Below are positions 29,009 through 40,400 of a stretch of 64,000 bases of DNA, in pieces. The notes beneath the pieces are model-generated. The model saw only the letters and a list, made by a program, of their open reading frames with translations. It was not told the origin of the DNA and made no database searches. Within the stretch, counting starts at the first letter, position 1. Every line of letters starts with the position of its first letter. This stretch comes from Planctomycetota bacterium (GTDB lineage: Bacteria > Planctomycetota > JAJSAM01 > JAJVHW01): NCBI GenBank assembly GCA_965248445.1, contig CBDFJG010000002.1, forward strand, positions 288,001 through 352,000, given 5' to 3'. The position numbers and the translations under genes were made by a program.

Positions 29009-30517
29009 ATGAGCAGGTCAGGGCGTTGGGCGAGGCTGCTGATCGTGATCGTCTGCACTCTCGTGGGCGCAGCCGTGCGCACGTACGTGGTGCGGGACGC
29101 GCCGGCAAGCGTGGAGGAGCAGATCCTCATCGCCTCCGGCGTCCACCTGATACGGCACCACGACACCGACGTGACCGCCTTCCACCACGACATGCCGCTC
29201 GCCGCGCACGCCACCGGCTTGCCACTCATCGGGCTCGCGGTTGCGCTGCCGGAGCGCGACCCGGCAGGGCCCGCCGAGCAGGTGGGCTGGACGGCACTGA
29301 ACATGACGTCCGTGTCCGCGTCCGGCACGAAGAAGCACCCGCCGGAGTTCGTACCGGCCGAGACGCTCCTACGCCTCTCGCGAGCGCCATCGCTGCTGGC
29401 GCTCATCCTGACGCTGATCGCGGTCGTGCTGCTGACCGACGGTCTGTTCGGCAAGGGCGCCGCGCTCGTCGCGGGGCTTGTTGTCGCCATCGAACCGATG
29501 AGCGCACTGCGCGGCGGCCTCGCGGTGACGGACCCGTTCGTCCAGGCCGCCGTCGCGTGGCTGCTGGTGGCCGCCGCCGTGCACTGGGAGCGCATGGTCG
29601 GGACGACCGACCGGCACCCCGGCAAGGAGAAGCGAAGCGCCATCGCGCTCGGTGCGGCGTTCGGATTCACGCTGCTTGCGTCGGTGACTGCCTGGCCCCT
29701 CGCACTCGCCGTCCTGGGCTGGCTGGGCATGCGGGGGGCGGCGGCACGGCGTCGCGGCGAGGAGTTCCGCGGTGGCCGGGGCAGCCGGATGGTGTGGGCC
29801 GCGCTGGTCTGCGGGGCGTTCGTCGCGGCCGGCTACCTCGTGGTCGACGTTCGCGCGATCCCGCAGCCCTTGGCGTATGCCGCGGAACTCTGGGAGATCG
29901 GTAGTTGGAAGTCGATGCCGAGCGGCACCGCCCGTTCGATGGCGCTGCCCGTCGCGTGGCTGACGATCTTCGCTCTGCTGGGTCTGCCGTTCCTGTTCCG
30001 CGAGCGAGCGGACTACCCGGCGCTCCTGTCCACAGCCGTGGCCGCCGGCCTTCTGACGACCGTGCTCGCGCCCGATCACCTGGCGCACACCGCCTACGCC
30101 GTGGCCGTACCCGCGCTGGCGGTGACGGTCGGCTCCTCGGTCGGGCTCGTGGGCACGAGCCGTTCGGGGTTCACCGCATCGCTCGGTGTGCTCCTGCCGC
30201 TGGCCGTGATCAGCGGTTTTCTGGTCGCGACGCACGAGCCGCAACGAATGGACGACAACCACCATGCTCAGTGGTTCACGAAACGTGTGGTCGACGCGGT
30301 GCAACCGCGCGTAATGCACATCGTCGGAAGCGAGTGGTCGGAGAAGATCGAGGTGCGCGGAAGCTCGCGCACCCACACCCACCCGGCGGCGACGGAAGAG
30401 CAGATCCTCGAGTGGCTCGCCGGCGAACGCACCATCGTCGCGCTGTCGGGCGATGTCCCCGAGTCCCTGCGGGAACGGGTCGTGTCGCGCGCCCGCGGGC
30501 TGGCGTTCCTCGAATAG
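29009..30517 (+). CDS. Polytopic membrane protein, GT-C/ArnT-PMT-like
   Basis: EE near the N-terminus, HHDMPL, VTD, many TM helices. Confidence 0.55.
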   Translation: MSRSGRWARLLIVIVCTLVGAAVRTYVVRDAPASVEEQILIASGVHLIRHHDTDVTAFHHDMPLAAHATGLPLIGLAVALPERDPAGPAEQVGWTALNMTSVSASGTKKHPPEFVPAETLLRLSRAPSLLALILTLIAVVLLTDGLFGKGAALVAGLVVAIEPMSALRGGLAVTDPFVQAAVAWLLVAAAVHWERMVGTTDRHPGKEKRSAIALGAAFGFTLLASVTAWPLALAVLGWLGMRGAAARRRGEEFRGGRGSRMVWAALVCGAFVAAGYLVVDVRAIPQPLAYAAELWEIGSWKSMPSGTARSMALPVAWLTIFALLGLPFLFRERADYPALLSTAVAAGLLTTVLAPDHLAHTAYAVAVPALAVTVGSSVGLVGTSRSGFTASLGVLLPLAVISGFLVATHEPQRMDDNHHAQWFTKRVVDAVQPRVMHIVGSEWSEKIEVRGSSRTHTHPAATEEQILEWLAGERTIVALSGDVPESLRERVVSRARGLAFLE

Positions 30518-30544
30518 CCGGCAGCGCGTTACTTCAGCGCACTG

Positions 30545-32377
30545 CTACCGGTCGCCGCCAATGCCGCCGCCGGTGTCGGTGGCGCCGCGGCCGGGACCGT
30601 CGGGCGGCTCCGTGTCGCCGCCCTCGCCGAGATCGACCGAGGCTCCCTCGGCGGCGCCGCGCGGCTCCGTGATCGCGCCGCCTCCTGCCGGAAGAGCGGC
30701 GTCGGTCAACAGCACCGCGTGCTGCACGCGCCCGTTCTCGACGAGGGCGCGTCCGAGCAGGCCCGCTTCGGGGGAGACGAACGTGACGAGACCGCCATCG
30801 CGGCCGCCACCGGCGTCCGCCGCGATGCGCGCGGCCGCGAGTGCCGCCACGACGTCCTCACGGCTGGGTGGTGAACCGCGGACGCTGCCGCGCGAGAGCA
30901 CCTCGAGCACGTAGCTGCGCAGCACGCGGTCCGACGCCGCCTGGAACGTCGTCGCGTCGCCGAACACCTCGATGCCCAAGAGCTCGCCGCCCGCCGCAAC
31001 GGCGAAACCGACGACGTCGTCGCCCCCGAGCCGCGGGGTGAGCGCGCGCACGTAGCGGTCGGCGCGGGAGATCAGCTGATCGTTGCCGAAGAGGTCGTCC
31101 AAGCTGCCGCGTCCGCCGGCCGACCCGAGCCAGGGCAGACTGGCCGCGACGGCGGCATCGATCTCGCTCTGCGGCGCTTCGGTCGCGAGCAGGGCGCGCA
31201 CGCGCAGAGGCGCGACGCCGTCGGAGTGGCGGAACGTCTTGCTGCGCCGCTTGTGTGCGCGTCCGGAGGTGCGCGTGCGCACCGATCGGCGCTGGCCCGG
31301 GGCGAGCAGCACGTCTTCGGCCGCCACACGGTCACGGCCGCCGCCGGCCAGAACGTCGCCGGCGATGACGAGCACGGGACGTCCGCCGAGGTCACGGTTT
31401 TCGAGCACGACGGATCCGCCGTCCCCACTCTCCGTCGCGCGCAGGCCGCGAAGACGCAGCGCCTCGGCCGTCATGAGCGGCGTCACGAAGTCCGCGGCGC
31501 GGCCGGGGCGCGTGATCGCAAAGACCTGGATCTCCTTGTACGGGCGCGAGGCCTCGGCCACGTCGAGTGCGGCGAGGAACGTCCCGAGCGGTGCCGAGGC
31601 CGGTGCGGCTGCGGTCGTGCGATCGGGCACGTTGAGTGCAGCAGCGGCGGCCAGTCGGCGCCACTCCGCTGTGAGCGCGAGCTCGCGGCGATCCCGGTGG
31701 AAGCGGTCGAAGTCCGCGTAGGTGTCCTGGACGATGCGGCGGTCTCCGTGCTCCTCCCACTGCGGCTGGTACCCCGGCGTCTCGGGGGCGCCGATGTCGT
31801 CGCCGCCGTCGTCCGGCCAGGCCACGACGGACTGCCACGTCTCGAGCGGTTGCACGTCCAGAGGGATCCTCTCGGCGCGTGTCGGCGCGTTCTCGATGCG
31901 AGCCACGGCATCCCGCGCCTCCGTGCGCACGCGCTCGATCTCGGCGCGCAGATCCGCGACGTCGAGCGGGTTGGCCGGGCGCCTGGCAGAGAGAGCCAGC
32001 GCGGCGCCCGCACCGAGGCCGACGAGAACGACGGCCGCCGCCGCCGAACGCATCAACAGAACGCGGCCGGCGGGAGTCGGCTCGTCGGTGGCGCCGCCCT
32101 CCGCACCATCGCCAGCCTCCGCACCATCGACTGGCTCGCCACCGATCCGTTGCAGGACGCGGCGCCGGAACACGGGTGTCGCGACGGCGCGGGTCTCCGC
32201 GCTCTCCCAGCGGCGCAGAACGCCGCTGACCGCGCCCAACCGCGCCAGGTCGCGTGCGCACGGGCCGCACGCTTCGACGTGACGCCGAATCTCCCGTTCG
32301 CGGGCGGGCTCGAGTTCGCCGTCGAGCAGAGCGGAGAGATCCGGCTCGTGCTCGGCGCAGTCACCACGGATTCTCAT
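30545..32377 (-). CDS. zf-HC2 anti-sigma factor with TM helix and C-terminal DUF6569/ARPP-1-like domain
   Basis: C...LSALLDGEL...HVEACGPC; TM; LEN...PVLVIAGDVLAGGGRDRV..DVLLAPG; VVGFAVA.GG...IEVF...F......LRSY. Confidence 0.72.
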   Translation of the reverse strand: MRIRGDCAEHEPDLSALLDGELEPAREREIRRHVEACGPCARDLARLGAVSGVLRRWESAETRAVATPVFRRRVLQRIGGEPVDGAEAGDGAEGGATDEPTPAGRVLLMRSAAAAVVLVGLGAGAALALSARRPANPLDVADLRAEIERVRTEARDAVARIENAPTRAERIPLDVQPLETWQSVVAWPDDGGDDIGAPETPGYQPQWEEHGDRRIVQDTYADFDRFHRDRRELALTAEWRRLAAAAALNVPDRTTAAAPASAPLGTFLAALDVAEASRPYKEIQVFAITRPGRAADFVTPLMTAEALRLRGLRATESGDGGSVVLENRDLGGRPVLVIAGDVLAGGGRDRVAAEDVLLAPGQRRSVRTRTSGRAHKRRSKTFRHSDGVAPLRVRALLATEAPQSEIDAAVAASLPWLGSAGGRGSLDDLFGNDQLISRADRYVRALTPRLGGDDVVGFAVAAGGELLGIEVFGDATTFQAASDRVLRSYVLEVLSRGSVRGSPPSREDVVAALAAARIAADAGGGRDGGLVTFVSPEAGLLGRALVENGRVQHAVLLTDAALPAGGGAITEPRGAAEGASVDLGEGGDTEPPDGPGRGATDTGGGIGGDR

Positions 32378-33081
32378 GAGCGCACCTCGCGCTCCACGAT
32401 TCGGCGCAGTCGCTCGGCGAGCCGCTTCCGGCCGCGGTGGATCCAGGTCTTCACCTCGGCGAGCGTCGCCTCCATCACGGTCGCGATCTCGTCGTACGAC
32501 AGACCCTCGAACTCGCGGAGTGAGAGCGCGCGCATGTGCTTCTCGGGCAGGGTCGCCACGACGCGTCGCACGAGCATGCGGTCCTCCTCGGCCTCGGCCA
32601 GGACGTCGGGTCGGTGGGCACCGGGGTGCGCCACCGACGCGTCCAGGACGAAGCTGTCCTCGATGGTCTCGCCGCCCTCCTGCCGCCGCCGCGCCTTTCG
32701 CAGCTGGTCGCGGCAGAGGTTGCCGAGCACGGTGTAAAAGTACGTACTGAAGCGCGCATCGGGCCGGTAGCGGTGCGCGGCCCGGTAGAGCCGCACGAAC
32801 GTCTCCTGGGCCACGTCCTCGGCCAACTGGTGGTCGCCGAAGACGCGGAACGCATACCGCTTGGCAGGCCCCTCCCAGCGCTCCATCAGCAGACGGAGAG
32901 CCGGCAGGTCGCCCGCAGCGATCCGCTCCATGAGTTGCTCGTCACCTGGCACCGGGGTCCGGAACCTCCTGCGCACGAGGGTAAACGAGGGCCGCGGACC
33001 CGGAGTTGCACCCTCAGCGCCAGAAGCCGCCCTCGGAGCCTGGCCTGGGCTCGCCGGGGGCCCGTCAGCCCGCCCGTTCAC
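32374..33081 (-). CDS. ECF RNA polymerase sigma-70 factor
   Basis: DEQLM, AEDVAQETFVRL, FSTYFY..N.C.D, LREFEGLSYDEIA, VKTWIHRGR; 4-bp overlap with the anti-sigma gene; start uncertain. Confidence 0.93.
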   Translation of the reverse strand: MNGRADGPPASPGQAPRAASGAEGATPGPRPSFTLVRRRFRTPVPGDEQLMERIAAGDLPALRLLMERWEGPAKRYAFRVFGDHQLAEDVAQETFVRLYRAAHRYRPDARFSTYFYTVLGNLCRDQLRKARRRQEGGETIEDSFVLDASVAHPGAHRPDVLAEAEEDRMLVRRVVATLPEKHMRALSLREFEGLSYDEIATVMEATLAEVKTWIHRGRKRLAERLRRIVEREVRS

Positions 33082-33313
33082 CAGGTTTGCGCGGTCGTGG
33101 CGCGCAGCGAACGAGGTCCGTGTCTGTCTTGCGTGCGGCGATTTTGCGCGCGCCTTACCGAGGTCGTCCTGAGCCAGGACAGAGTGTCGAGCTCAAGGCG
33201 CGCCGCCGAACGCACTCCTGAACGGGTTGTGGAGGCGGCGCAACGCAGAGATCGGCGCTCTGGGCCGCTCAGGCGCGTGAAGCCGGTGAACGATGCGGGT
33301 TAGAGTCGCGCCC

Positions 33314-34663
33314 ATGCGAGTACTCATCGTGGACGACGAACAGGACATCCGGGACACCCTGGCCATGGTCCTGGACTACGAGGGCTACGAGACCGTCCAG
33401 GCGGGGAGCGCCTCGAAGGCCCTCCAGATCCTCGACACGGAGGAGACGCCCGACGTCTGCATCCTGGACGTCAAGATGCCCGGCCGCGACGGCCTGGACC
33501 TCCTGGCCGAGTTGCGCGACCGGTATCCGTCGATGGCGGTCGTGATGGTCTCCGGCCACGGCGACGCGCACATGGGCTTCGAGGCGAGCAAGCGCGGCGC
33601 GTACGAGTTCATGGAGAAGCCGCTCAGCGAGGAACGCGTGCTCCTGTCGGTCCGCAACGCCGCCGTGCGTTCGGAATTGCAGAAGGAGAACGTCGTCCTC
33701 AAGCGCAAGGTCGGCGACCGCTTCGCGATCCTCGGCGAGAGCCAGCCGATGATGGACATCCAGGCGATGATCGACCGCGTCGCTCCCGCACAGGCGCGTG
33801 TGCTCATCACCGGCGAGAACGGCACCGGCAAGGAACTGGTCGCGCGCAACCTGCACGAACGAAGCACGCGGTGGAAGAAGCCGTTCGTCGAGGTCAACTG
33901 CGCGGCGATCCCGCGCGAACTGATCGAGAGCGAATTGTTCGGTCACGAGAAGGGCTCGTTCACCGGCGCACAGGAAGCGCGCAAAGGGCGCTTCGAGGTC
34001 GCGCACAGCGGCACGCTGTTCCTCGACGAGATCGGTGACATGGATCCCTCAGCGCAGGCCAAAGTGCTGCGCGTGCTCGAGACGGGCGAGGTGACGCGCG
34101 TCGGCTCGGACAAGTCCCACCAAGTGGACGTCCGGGTCATCGCGGCCACCAACAAGGACCTGCAGGCGGAGGTGGACGAGGGCCGCTTCCGCGAGGATCT
34201 GCTCTACCGCTTGAACGTCGTCGAGATCCACCTCCCCCCGCTCCACCGTCGGAAGGAGGACGTTCCCCTCCTCGCCCGCCACTTCCTGCTCGCGGCCTGC
34301 CGGCGCAACGACATGAAGCCACGGAAGCTGCACAAGGACTGCGAGGCGTGGCTCTCGGCCCAGGTCTACCCAGGCAACGTCCGCCAGCTCCGCAACCTGA
34401 TGGAGAGACTGGCGATCTTGGCCGATGGAGATCCCGTCCCCCAGTCCGAGGCCGAGCGCCTGCTGCGCCCGCGCCGAGGAGCGGCGGCGGGCGACCCCTT
34501 CACCAGTTGCGAGACGTTCTCCGAGTTCAAGGACGAGAGCGAACGCCTCTTCTTGGAGCAGAAGCTCATCGAGAACGGATGGAACATCAAACGCACCTCA
34601 GAGCGGCTCAAGATGATGCGCTCGAATCTCTACAAGAAGATCGAGAAGTACAAGCTGAAGTGA
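33314..34663 (+). CDS. Sigma-54-dependent response regulator (NtrX/NtrC-like)
   Basis: REC (VDDE, LDVKMP), [42 protein letters not shown], Fis-type HTH. Confidence 0.95.
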   Translation: MRVLIVDDEQDIRDTLAMVLDYEGYETVQAGSASKALQILDTEETPDVCILDVKMPGRDGLDLLAELRDRYPSMAVVMVSGHGDAHMGFEASKRGAYEFMEKPLSEERVLLSVRNAAVRSELQKENVVLKRKVGDRFAILGESQPMMDIQAMIDRVAPAQARVLITGENGTGKELVARNLHERSTRWKKPFVEVNCAAIPRELIESELFGHEKGSFTGAQEARKGRFEVAHSGTLFLDEIGDMDPSAQAKVLRVLETGEVTRVGSDKSHQVDVRVIAATNKDLQAEVDEGRFREDLLYRLNVVEIHLPPLHRRKEDVPLLARHFLLAACRRNDMKPRKLHKDCEAWLSAQVYPGNVRQLRNLMERLAILADGDPVPQSEAERLLRPRRGAAAGDPFTSCETFSEFKDESERLFLEQKLIENGWNIKRTSERLKMMRSNLYKKIEKYKLK

Positions 34664-36645
34664 CGGCGGCCGCGGGCTCGCGGGGGCGCGCGGCACACAC
34701 GCTGCTTCCTCGCGACGCCCGTCCCGTGGCCCTCACCCTCTTCGCCGGCCTGGTCCTCCTCGCCGGATGCGCGTCGTCGGGGAACGACGCCGATGCAACG
34801 GCGGTCCGTGCCCGCATGGACGGCGACCGCCTCCTCGACGCGGGCGACTATGTCGGCGCCTCCCGCGCGTACGACCGACAACTGCAAGCCGCAGAGGACT
34901 CCCCCGCCGTCCGCGAGCGTGTGCGCACCGCGCGGCTCCTCGGCGCCAAGCGACTAGCGGACAACGCGCTGCGCTTCGCCGAGCGCGGCGAGTCGGACCG
35001 AGCGATGGCGGCCATCGAGGGCGCCGAGCGCCTGTGGAAAGGGCACGCGTACGTGCGGCGCGCCCGCGCACAGGTCGAGGCGCTCGCGGGCGGCGACGCG
35101 CGTGCACGCTCGCTGCGGGACGCAGGACGCGACGCCCTGCTCGACGATCCCTCGGGCGCTGTGGACCTGCTGGCTGAGGCCCGCGAGGCCGACCCGAACG
35201 ACCCGCGCACCGTCGCGCTCTTGCGAGAGGCGACGCTGCGGTCCGAGGCTGATCGCGCCGCGCAGCGTGCGGGCCGGGCCTGGGACCAGGGCGAGCGGAA
35301 GCGCGCGCTCCGCGACCTCGCAGTGGCGCAGTTCGGCGGACGGCCGGTGCCCGCTGCTGACGCGCTGCGCGACGTCATCGCGTTCGATGTCCTCTCCGAG
35401 GCGGAGGAGGGCGACCTGCTGACGGCGGCCGGCGCACTGTCCGTCGCCACGCGAGCCGGCTTGCGCGCACGCGACGTCCGCGCGGTGCGCAGTGCCTACG
35501 GGACGCGGCTCATTGCGGAGCGCGACCGGCTGCTGCGAGACGGCCGGCCCGCGCTGGCTGCGCTCCACGAAGTCGCAGCGGAGCGCTCCGGTGCGCGGGC
35601 CGGAACCCGCGCGCGTACGGAGGCCGCGGAACGCGCGCGCCTCGTCATCTTTGTTCCGCCGTTCGCGGATCCGACAGGCGCCGTCGACGGAACAGCAGTC
35701 GCCCGACTGACGGCGGAACGCCTGGCCGCCGACGCCCGCCATGGCGGGATCGCCATCAGCGTGCTGGGTCCGGAGGACGCGGGCGTCGCGACGGCACACC
35801 CGCGCGCGCTGGTCGTCGATGCGGTCATCGAGCAATCCCGCGTCGGCCAGGGACCGCATGCCGCGACGTCCCGCAACGTGGAAACGCGGGTCGGTGAGCG
35901 CCTCGAATCCAACCCGGCGGCCGCAGCCGCGGCCGACCGCTTGAAGCAGGCGCGTCAAGACCTGGCGCACGTGGATGAGAACCTCGCCGCCGCGAACGCC
36001 GAACTGCGCGCGCTGCGGGCATCGCCATTCAGTGGATCGCGGAGGAACTCCGCAGAGTCACTCGACCTGGCGATGGCGCGAGCGCGCGAACTCGTCAAGG
36101 CGCTCGAGACCCAGCGGGCCGAACTACGGACCGAGGAGCAGAAGGCCCGCCGCGCCGTCGTCGCCGCGCCGCCGACGCGCAGGGTGGACGTCACCGAGTC
36201 CCGACGCGTGAAGATCACGTCGTTCCGCAAGGCCGCGGTCGTCACCGCCCGGGTACGGCTGCTGGACTCCGGGGCGGTGCTCCTCGACGAACGGATCTCC
36301 GGCAGCGCGGTCCACGACGAGCGGTTCCACGACGGCGTCCCGGGCGCGGACCTGGCCGAGGACCCCGACGAGAGCCCCGACGACCTCGGGATGGCCGGCC
36401 TGGCCGAGGAGCACCTGGCGAGGCTGGTCGCAGCCCGGCTCCGGTCCGCGGCGGCTCAGGGGGCCGGCCGGTACCTCACGGCCGCCGACGCCGCCCTGGC
36501 CGCAGGGCGGACGAGTGACGCCACGGAGGGATACGCCCTGTATCTTCTGGTGACACCCGACGTAGCCTCAGAGGCGCGGGAACGGGCGGCCCGCGCCTTG
36601 CGTGAGACAGCTGGGTTCGAGCCGCCCGTGCGGCGCCTGCGCTGA
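34660..36645 (+). CDS. TPR/coiled-coil lipoprotein, unknown function
   Basis: Lipobox LLAGC, Ala-rich helical repeats; GTGA overlap with upstream stop. Confidence 0.65.
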   Translation: MTAAAGSRGRAAHTLLPRDARPVALTLFAGLVLLAGCASSGNDADATAVRARMDGDRLLDAGDYVGASRAYDRQLQAAEDSPAVRERVRTARLLGAKRLADNALRFAERGESDRAMAAIEGAERLWKGHAYVRRARAQVEALAGGDARARSLRDAGRDALLDDPSGAVDLLAEAREADPNDPRTVALLREATLRSEADRAAQRAGRAWDQGERKRALRDLAVAQFGGRPVPAADALRDVIAFDVLSEAEEGDLLTAAGALSVATRAGLRARDVRAVRSAYGTRLIAERDRLLRDGRPALAALHEVAAERSGARAGTRARTEAAERARLVIFVPPFADPTGAVDGTAVARLTAERLAADARHGGIAISVLGPEDAGVATAHPRALVVDAVIEQSRVGQGPHAATSRNVETRVGERLESNPAAAAAADRLKQARQDLAHVDENLAAANAELRALRASPFSGSRRNSAESLDLAMARARELVKALETQRAELRTEEQKARRAVVAAPPTRRVDVTESRRVKITSFRKAAVVTARVRLLDSGAVLLDERISGSAVHDERFHDGVPGADLAEDPDESPDDLGMAGLAEEHLARLVAARLRSAAAQGAGRYLTAADAALAAGRTSDATEGYALYLLVTPDVASEARERAARALRETAGFEPPVRRLR

Positions 36646-36739
36646 CGCGGAGGCTCCTGCGAGCTCGGAGGACACTCCGGGGTACGTTGCTGCCGAATGA
36701 GGACCGCCAAGCGGGCCCGAGCCGATCGAGAGAGAAACC

Positions 36740-37270
36740 GTGATCACGAAGCGCCCTGCCACCGTCCTGACCCTGCTCGCCGCTCTGGCGATGCTGGGCC
36801 CGGTCCCCGATGCGCATGCGCGGGGCGCCCCCGCGCGCGGGGGCATGGCCGGCGGCGCGGCCCTCCTGCGCGGTGGTGGCGAGAAGAAGAAGAAGAAGAA
36901 GAAGCGCACGGCCGACCAGCGGCTGCTCGACGCGGTCGCGAGTCAGTTCCAGGCCGAGGACTACACCGCGCTCGGGCGCCGGATGCCCGGCGGGAAGAGC
37001 AAGATGTCGTTGCGCCTCGGCGACGCAGTGGGTCGCTATCAGCGGGCCAGTGCCGAGGGCGTGCTGAAGGAGTGGTTCCGCAAGCGGGAGATCGTTCTGG
37101 TCAAGCGGACATCCAACGACGGCCTCGTCGGCGAATTCGAGCTGACGTTCCGCCGGACCGGGCGCGACGAGAAGCAGAAGCGAACGCTGACGATCGGCCT
37201 GCGCCGCTCCAAGACCAAGGACGGCAAGGAAGTCGAGACACTCGTTCAGATCGAGGTCCACGGGACGTAG
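36740..37270 (+). CDS. Secreted basic protein (DUF4783-like)
   Basis: Signal peptide, K7 tract, G.Y.RASAEGVLKEWF motif. Confidence 0.6.
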   Translation: MITKRPATVLTLLAALAMLGPVPDAHARGAPARGGMAGGAALLRGGGEKKKKKKKRTADQRLLDAVASQFQAEDYTALGRRMPGGKSKMSLRLGDAVGRYQRASAEGVLKEWFRKREIVLVKRTSNDGLVGEFELTFRRTGRDEKQKRTLTIGLRRSKTKDGKEVETLVQIEVHGT

Positions 37271-37419
37271 CTGCGTGCCGCAGCCAGCCATCGAGGTGGC
37301 GGGCGGCGATCTCGCCGAAGTCCCCGATCGCGCTGCTAGCGGGCGTCCGGCGCGCCCACATGCGACGATCTCCACTCGATGGAGCAAGCAAGTGAGTTCC
37401 GTGCAGTGGAGCGCACGCG

Positions 37420-40400
37420 GTGACGAGTGACGGCGTGCGTCGCGCCTCCGTCGTCGCGCTGCTCGCTGCAGCAGGGGTGCTCGTGCTGCTCGTCGGTCTG
37501 TCCGAGTGGCGTACTGCCGCGGAACGGGGACGAGCGGGCGAGGGCCCCGTCGCCGTCGACGTTGAGGCGGCGCGGACCGAACTGGCAAACCGGCTGCTGG
37601 CGCTCGAGGAGGCCTGCGCGGACACCGCGGAGGAGGCGCTCGAGCGCACCGCGCAGCGGGTGGAGCCGGTGGCCATCTTCGAAGCGCTCCATGCGGTGCC
37701 GCTACCCGCGGGCGCCGGAGCTCACGTCGAGGATCGCCTCGGGCGGATTCTGGCGTGGGCCGGCACGACCCTCGACGACACCGTCGCTCGTGCGATCCCG
37801 CGCGACGGCGACGGCGGGCGGCTGTTCGACACACCGAACGGACGCCGCATCTCCGTGCGCCGCACGCGCTCGTCGCCGGTGGAGGAAGAGCCCGTCATCG
37901 CGCTCTGTCACATGCCCGTCGAGCAGCTATTCCCGCAACGTACTCGGTTCCTGACCTCTTTCTCGCTCGGTGACGAGATTGCGGACGGGTACCGCGTCGG
38001 CGCCGTGCGGATCCTGCCGCCCGAAGCCGGAGTCGGCATCGTGCTGCCGAGCATGTTCGGCGGCGACCTGGTCAGTGTGGACGTGGAACCGCTCTCACCG
38101 ACGGCGTGGCGCGAGCGTGTTTCGCAGCGCGCGGACGAATCGCGCGCGCTCCTCCTGCTCTTGCTGACGCTCGTGCTCACACTGCTGGCGTGGTGGCGGG
38201 CGCCTGCCGTCGCGCACCGCTGGTCCGGGAGTTCGCACGCAGGGCATCTTGCGCGCGGCGTCGTCGTCGTTGCCGCACGCGTCGCGCTGGCGTTCGTGTC
38301 GCTCCGCGACGTGTTTCCCGGTGGATCCATGACCAGCGCCGGCACGTTCAACGCCAGCTGGCCGCTCGGTCTGGGAGCGACGCCTCTGGATGTCCTTCTC
38401 ACGTGCCTGGCGGCACTCGGCGTCATCCTCGCCTTGCGGGGCGCTGCGGAAGCCGGGCGCCGTCGACCGCTGCCGGCCCCCGTGTTCATCGGCATCGTCG
38501 TCGTCGCCGCGATCGCCGCCCGGATCGTGCTGGGAGCGCTCATCTCGGAGGTAGCGCTCACGGCACGCGTTCAGGTGTTCGTGCCCGAGCAGATCCTGCC
38601 GGGAGCCGCCGGAGCAGCGCTGTTCGGTGGGTTCGTCGTCGCGGGTTCCGCGGCGGTGATCCTGATGGAGTCGCTCTGGCGCCACTTCGCGCCGGACTCG
38701 CTCGCAGGACCGCAGTACCGGTTGCTCGCCTGCGTCCTGGGCGCGGCCCTGCTCTCTCCCGTGTCGTACTCGGACGCGCGCTTTCAGTGGCTGCTGGTGG
38801 TCATCGGCATGCTGGGCTTCGGGGCGGCCTTGGCCGCGACCGCGTTCGGGCGCGGCGCGGCCGCGCGGGCCGCGGCCATCCCGCTGGGCGTGGCGATCGG
38901 CGTGTTCGCACCCGCACAGCTCGGTCTGCTCGCGTCGGCGCAAGCGGACGTCGAGGATCTCGTGCAGATGCGCGACGAAGGCGGCGTCGACGAAGAGACG
39001 CGCATCGCGCGCCTGCGCGTGAAGTCGCTCCTCACGGAACTCACCGAGTCCGAGCGCCTGCAAGCGGGACTGGCACGGCGGAACACACCGCCCGACCTCG
39101 CGGCTACGCTGTGGAAGCACAGCCGGCTCGCGGAGCTTCATTACGGGTCGTCGCTGTCGGTCGGTCCGCTGGATCCGCAGGCGGGGCACATCTCGCCCGT
39201 GGGGTTCTCCGCCGGGCTGCCACCAACGCAGTGGCTACCCGATCCGGGCGCGTTCCCGGGCAACCGTGAACTGTGGGTACACGAATACAACGAGGGCCGC
39301 GGCGCTGGACGCGGTGGCCGCTGGGTGGTCGGAGAGACGCCCATAGCAGTCGACGGCACGGAGGTCGCCTACGTCCGTGTGATCCTGCAGGTTCGTCCCC
39401 CATCGGTGCAGGAGGTGCCGCGGCTGGCGTCCGTCGAGGAGATGAAGACGCACCCGGAGACGGCGCGTCTCCCGCCGATGGACTTGTACGACTACGAGGG
39501 CAAGCTCGAGGTCATCGACAACCCGAGACGGCCAGGCGGCCCCCGCCTCGACGACGAGGCGCGCGCGGACGTGCTCGAAGAGGGTCGGTCGCTCTGGCGC
39601 AGCGACACCGTAGCGGGCGAGAACATCGACGTTCTCATCCACCCCCGCCGTGACGAGAGCGGGAACGTGATCGGCGCGTACGCCGCCGCGTTCGAGGGCA
39701 GCAGCGGACGGCGACTCGTGCTCAACGCGACGAAGGCGTCACTGTTCGGCGCGCTCCTCTCGCTGCTCGCCCTGGTCGTCTCCGCGCCGTGGTGGGCGCG
39801 TGGAGCGAAACTCCGCTTCTCCTACCGGCTGGTCATCTCGTACGCGCTCGTGGCCGCGCTGCCGCTGCTCGTGCTGGCCTGGGTCAACCGGGAGCTCGTG
39901 CGCGGTCGCGAGGCGACGGCGCGGCAGGACGCTGTCCGCGAACTGGTCTCGGCGCTCGCCGCGACTCTGCACGCCGACGACGTGCCCGAACGCCTGGCGC
40001 GCTTGCAGCCGGGCGACCTCGAGGTCGGTAGCGGCGCGACCGACGCGCTGAAGTCGGAGCTGTACTCCCCCGGCTACCCGCAGGGCCTCTACCTGGACGC
40101 GAGCCTTGGTCTCGTCACCGATCACGGACTTCTCGACACCCCGGTCATGCCGCCGCGCATGGACGGTAAGGCGTACCTCGAAGTGAACCTGCTCGAACGC
40201 CCGTTCCACGTCAGCAGCGTCGCGGCCGAGCGGGACGCTGTGGACGTGGGCTTCGCGCCGCTGCGCGGTCCGAACGGCGACGTCATCGGCGCGCTGTCAG
40301 TCCCGGTGATCCGAGAGGCGTGGCGCCGCGAGAAGGAGGAAGTCGACTCGATCACCACAGTCGCGGGCTTCTATCTGTTCTCGCTCGTTACCGTGATGCT

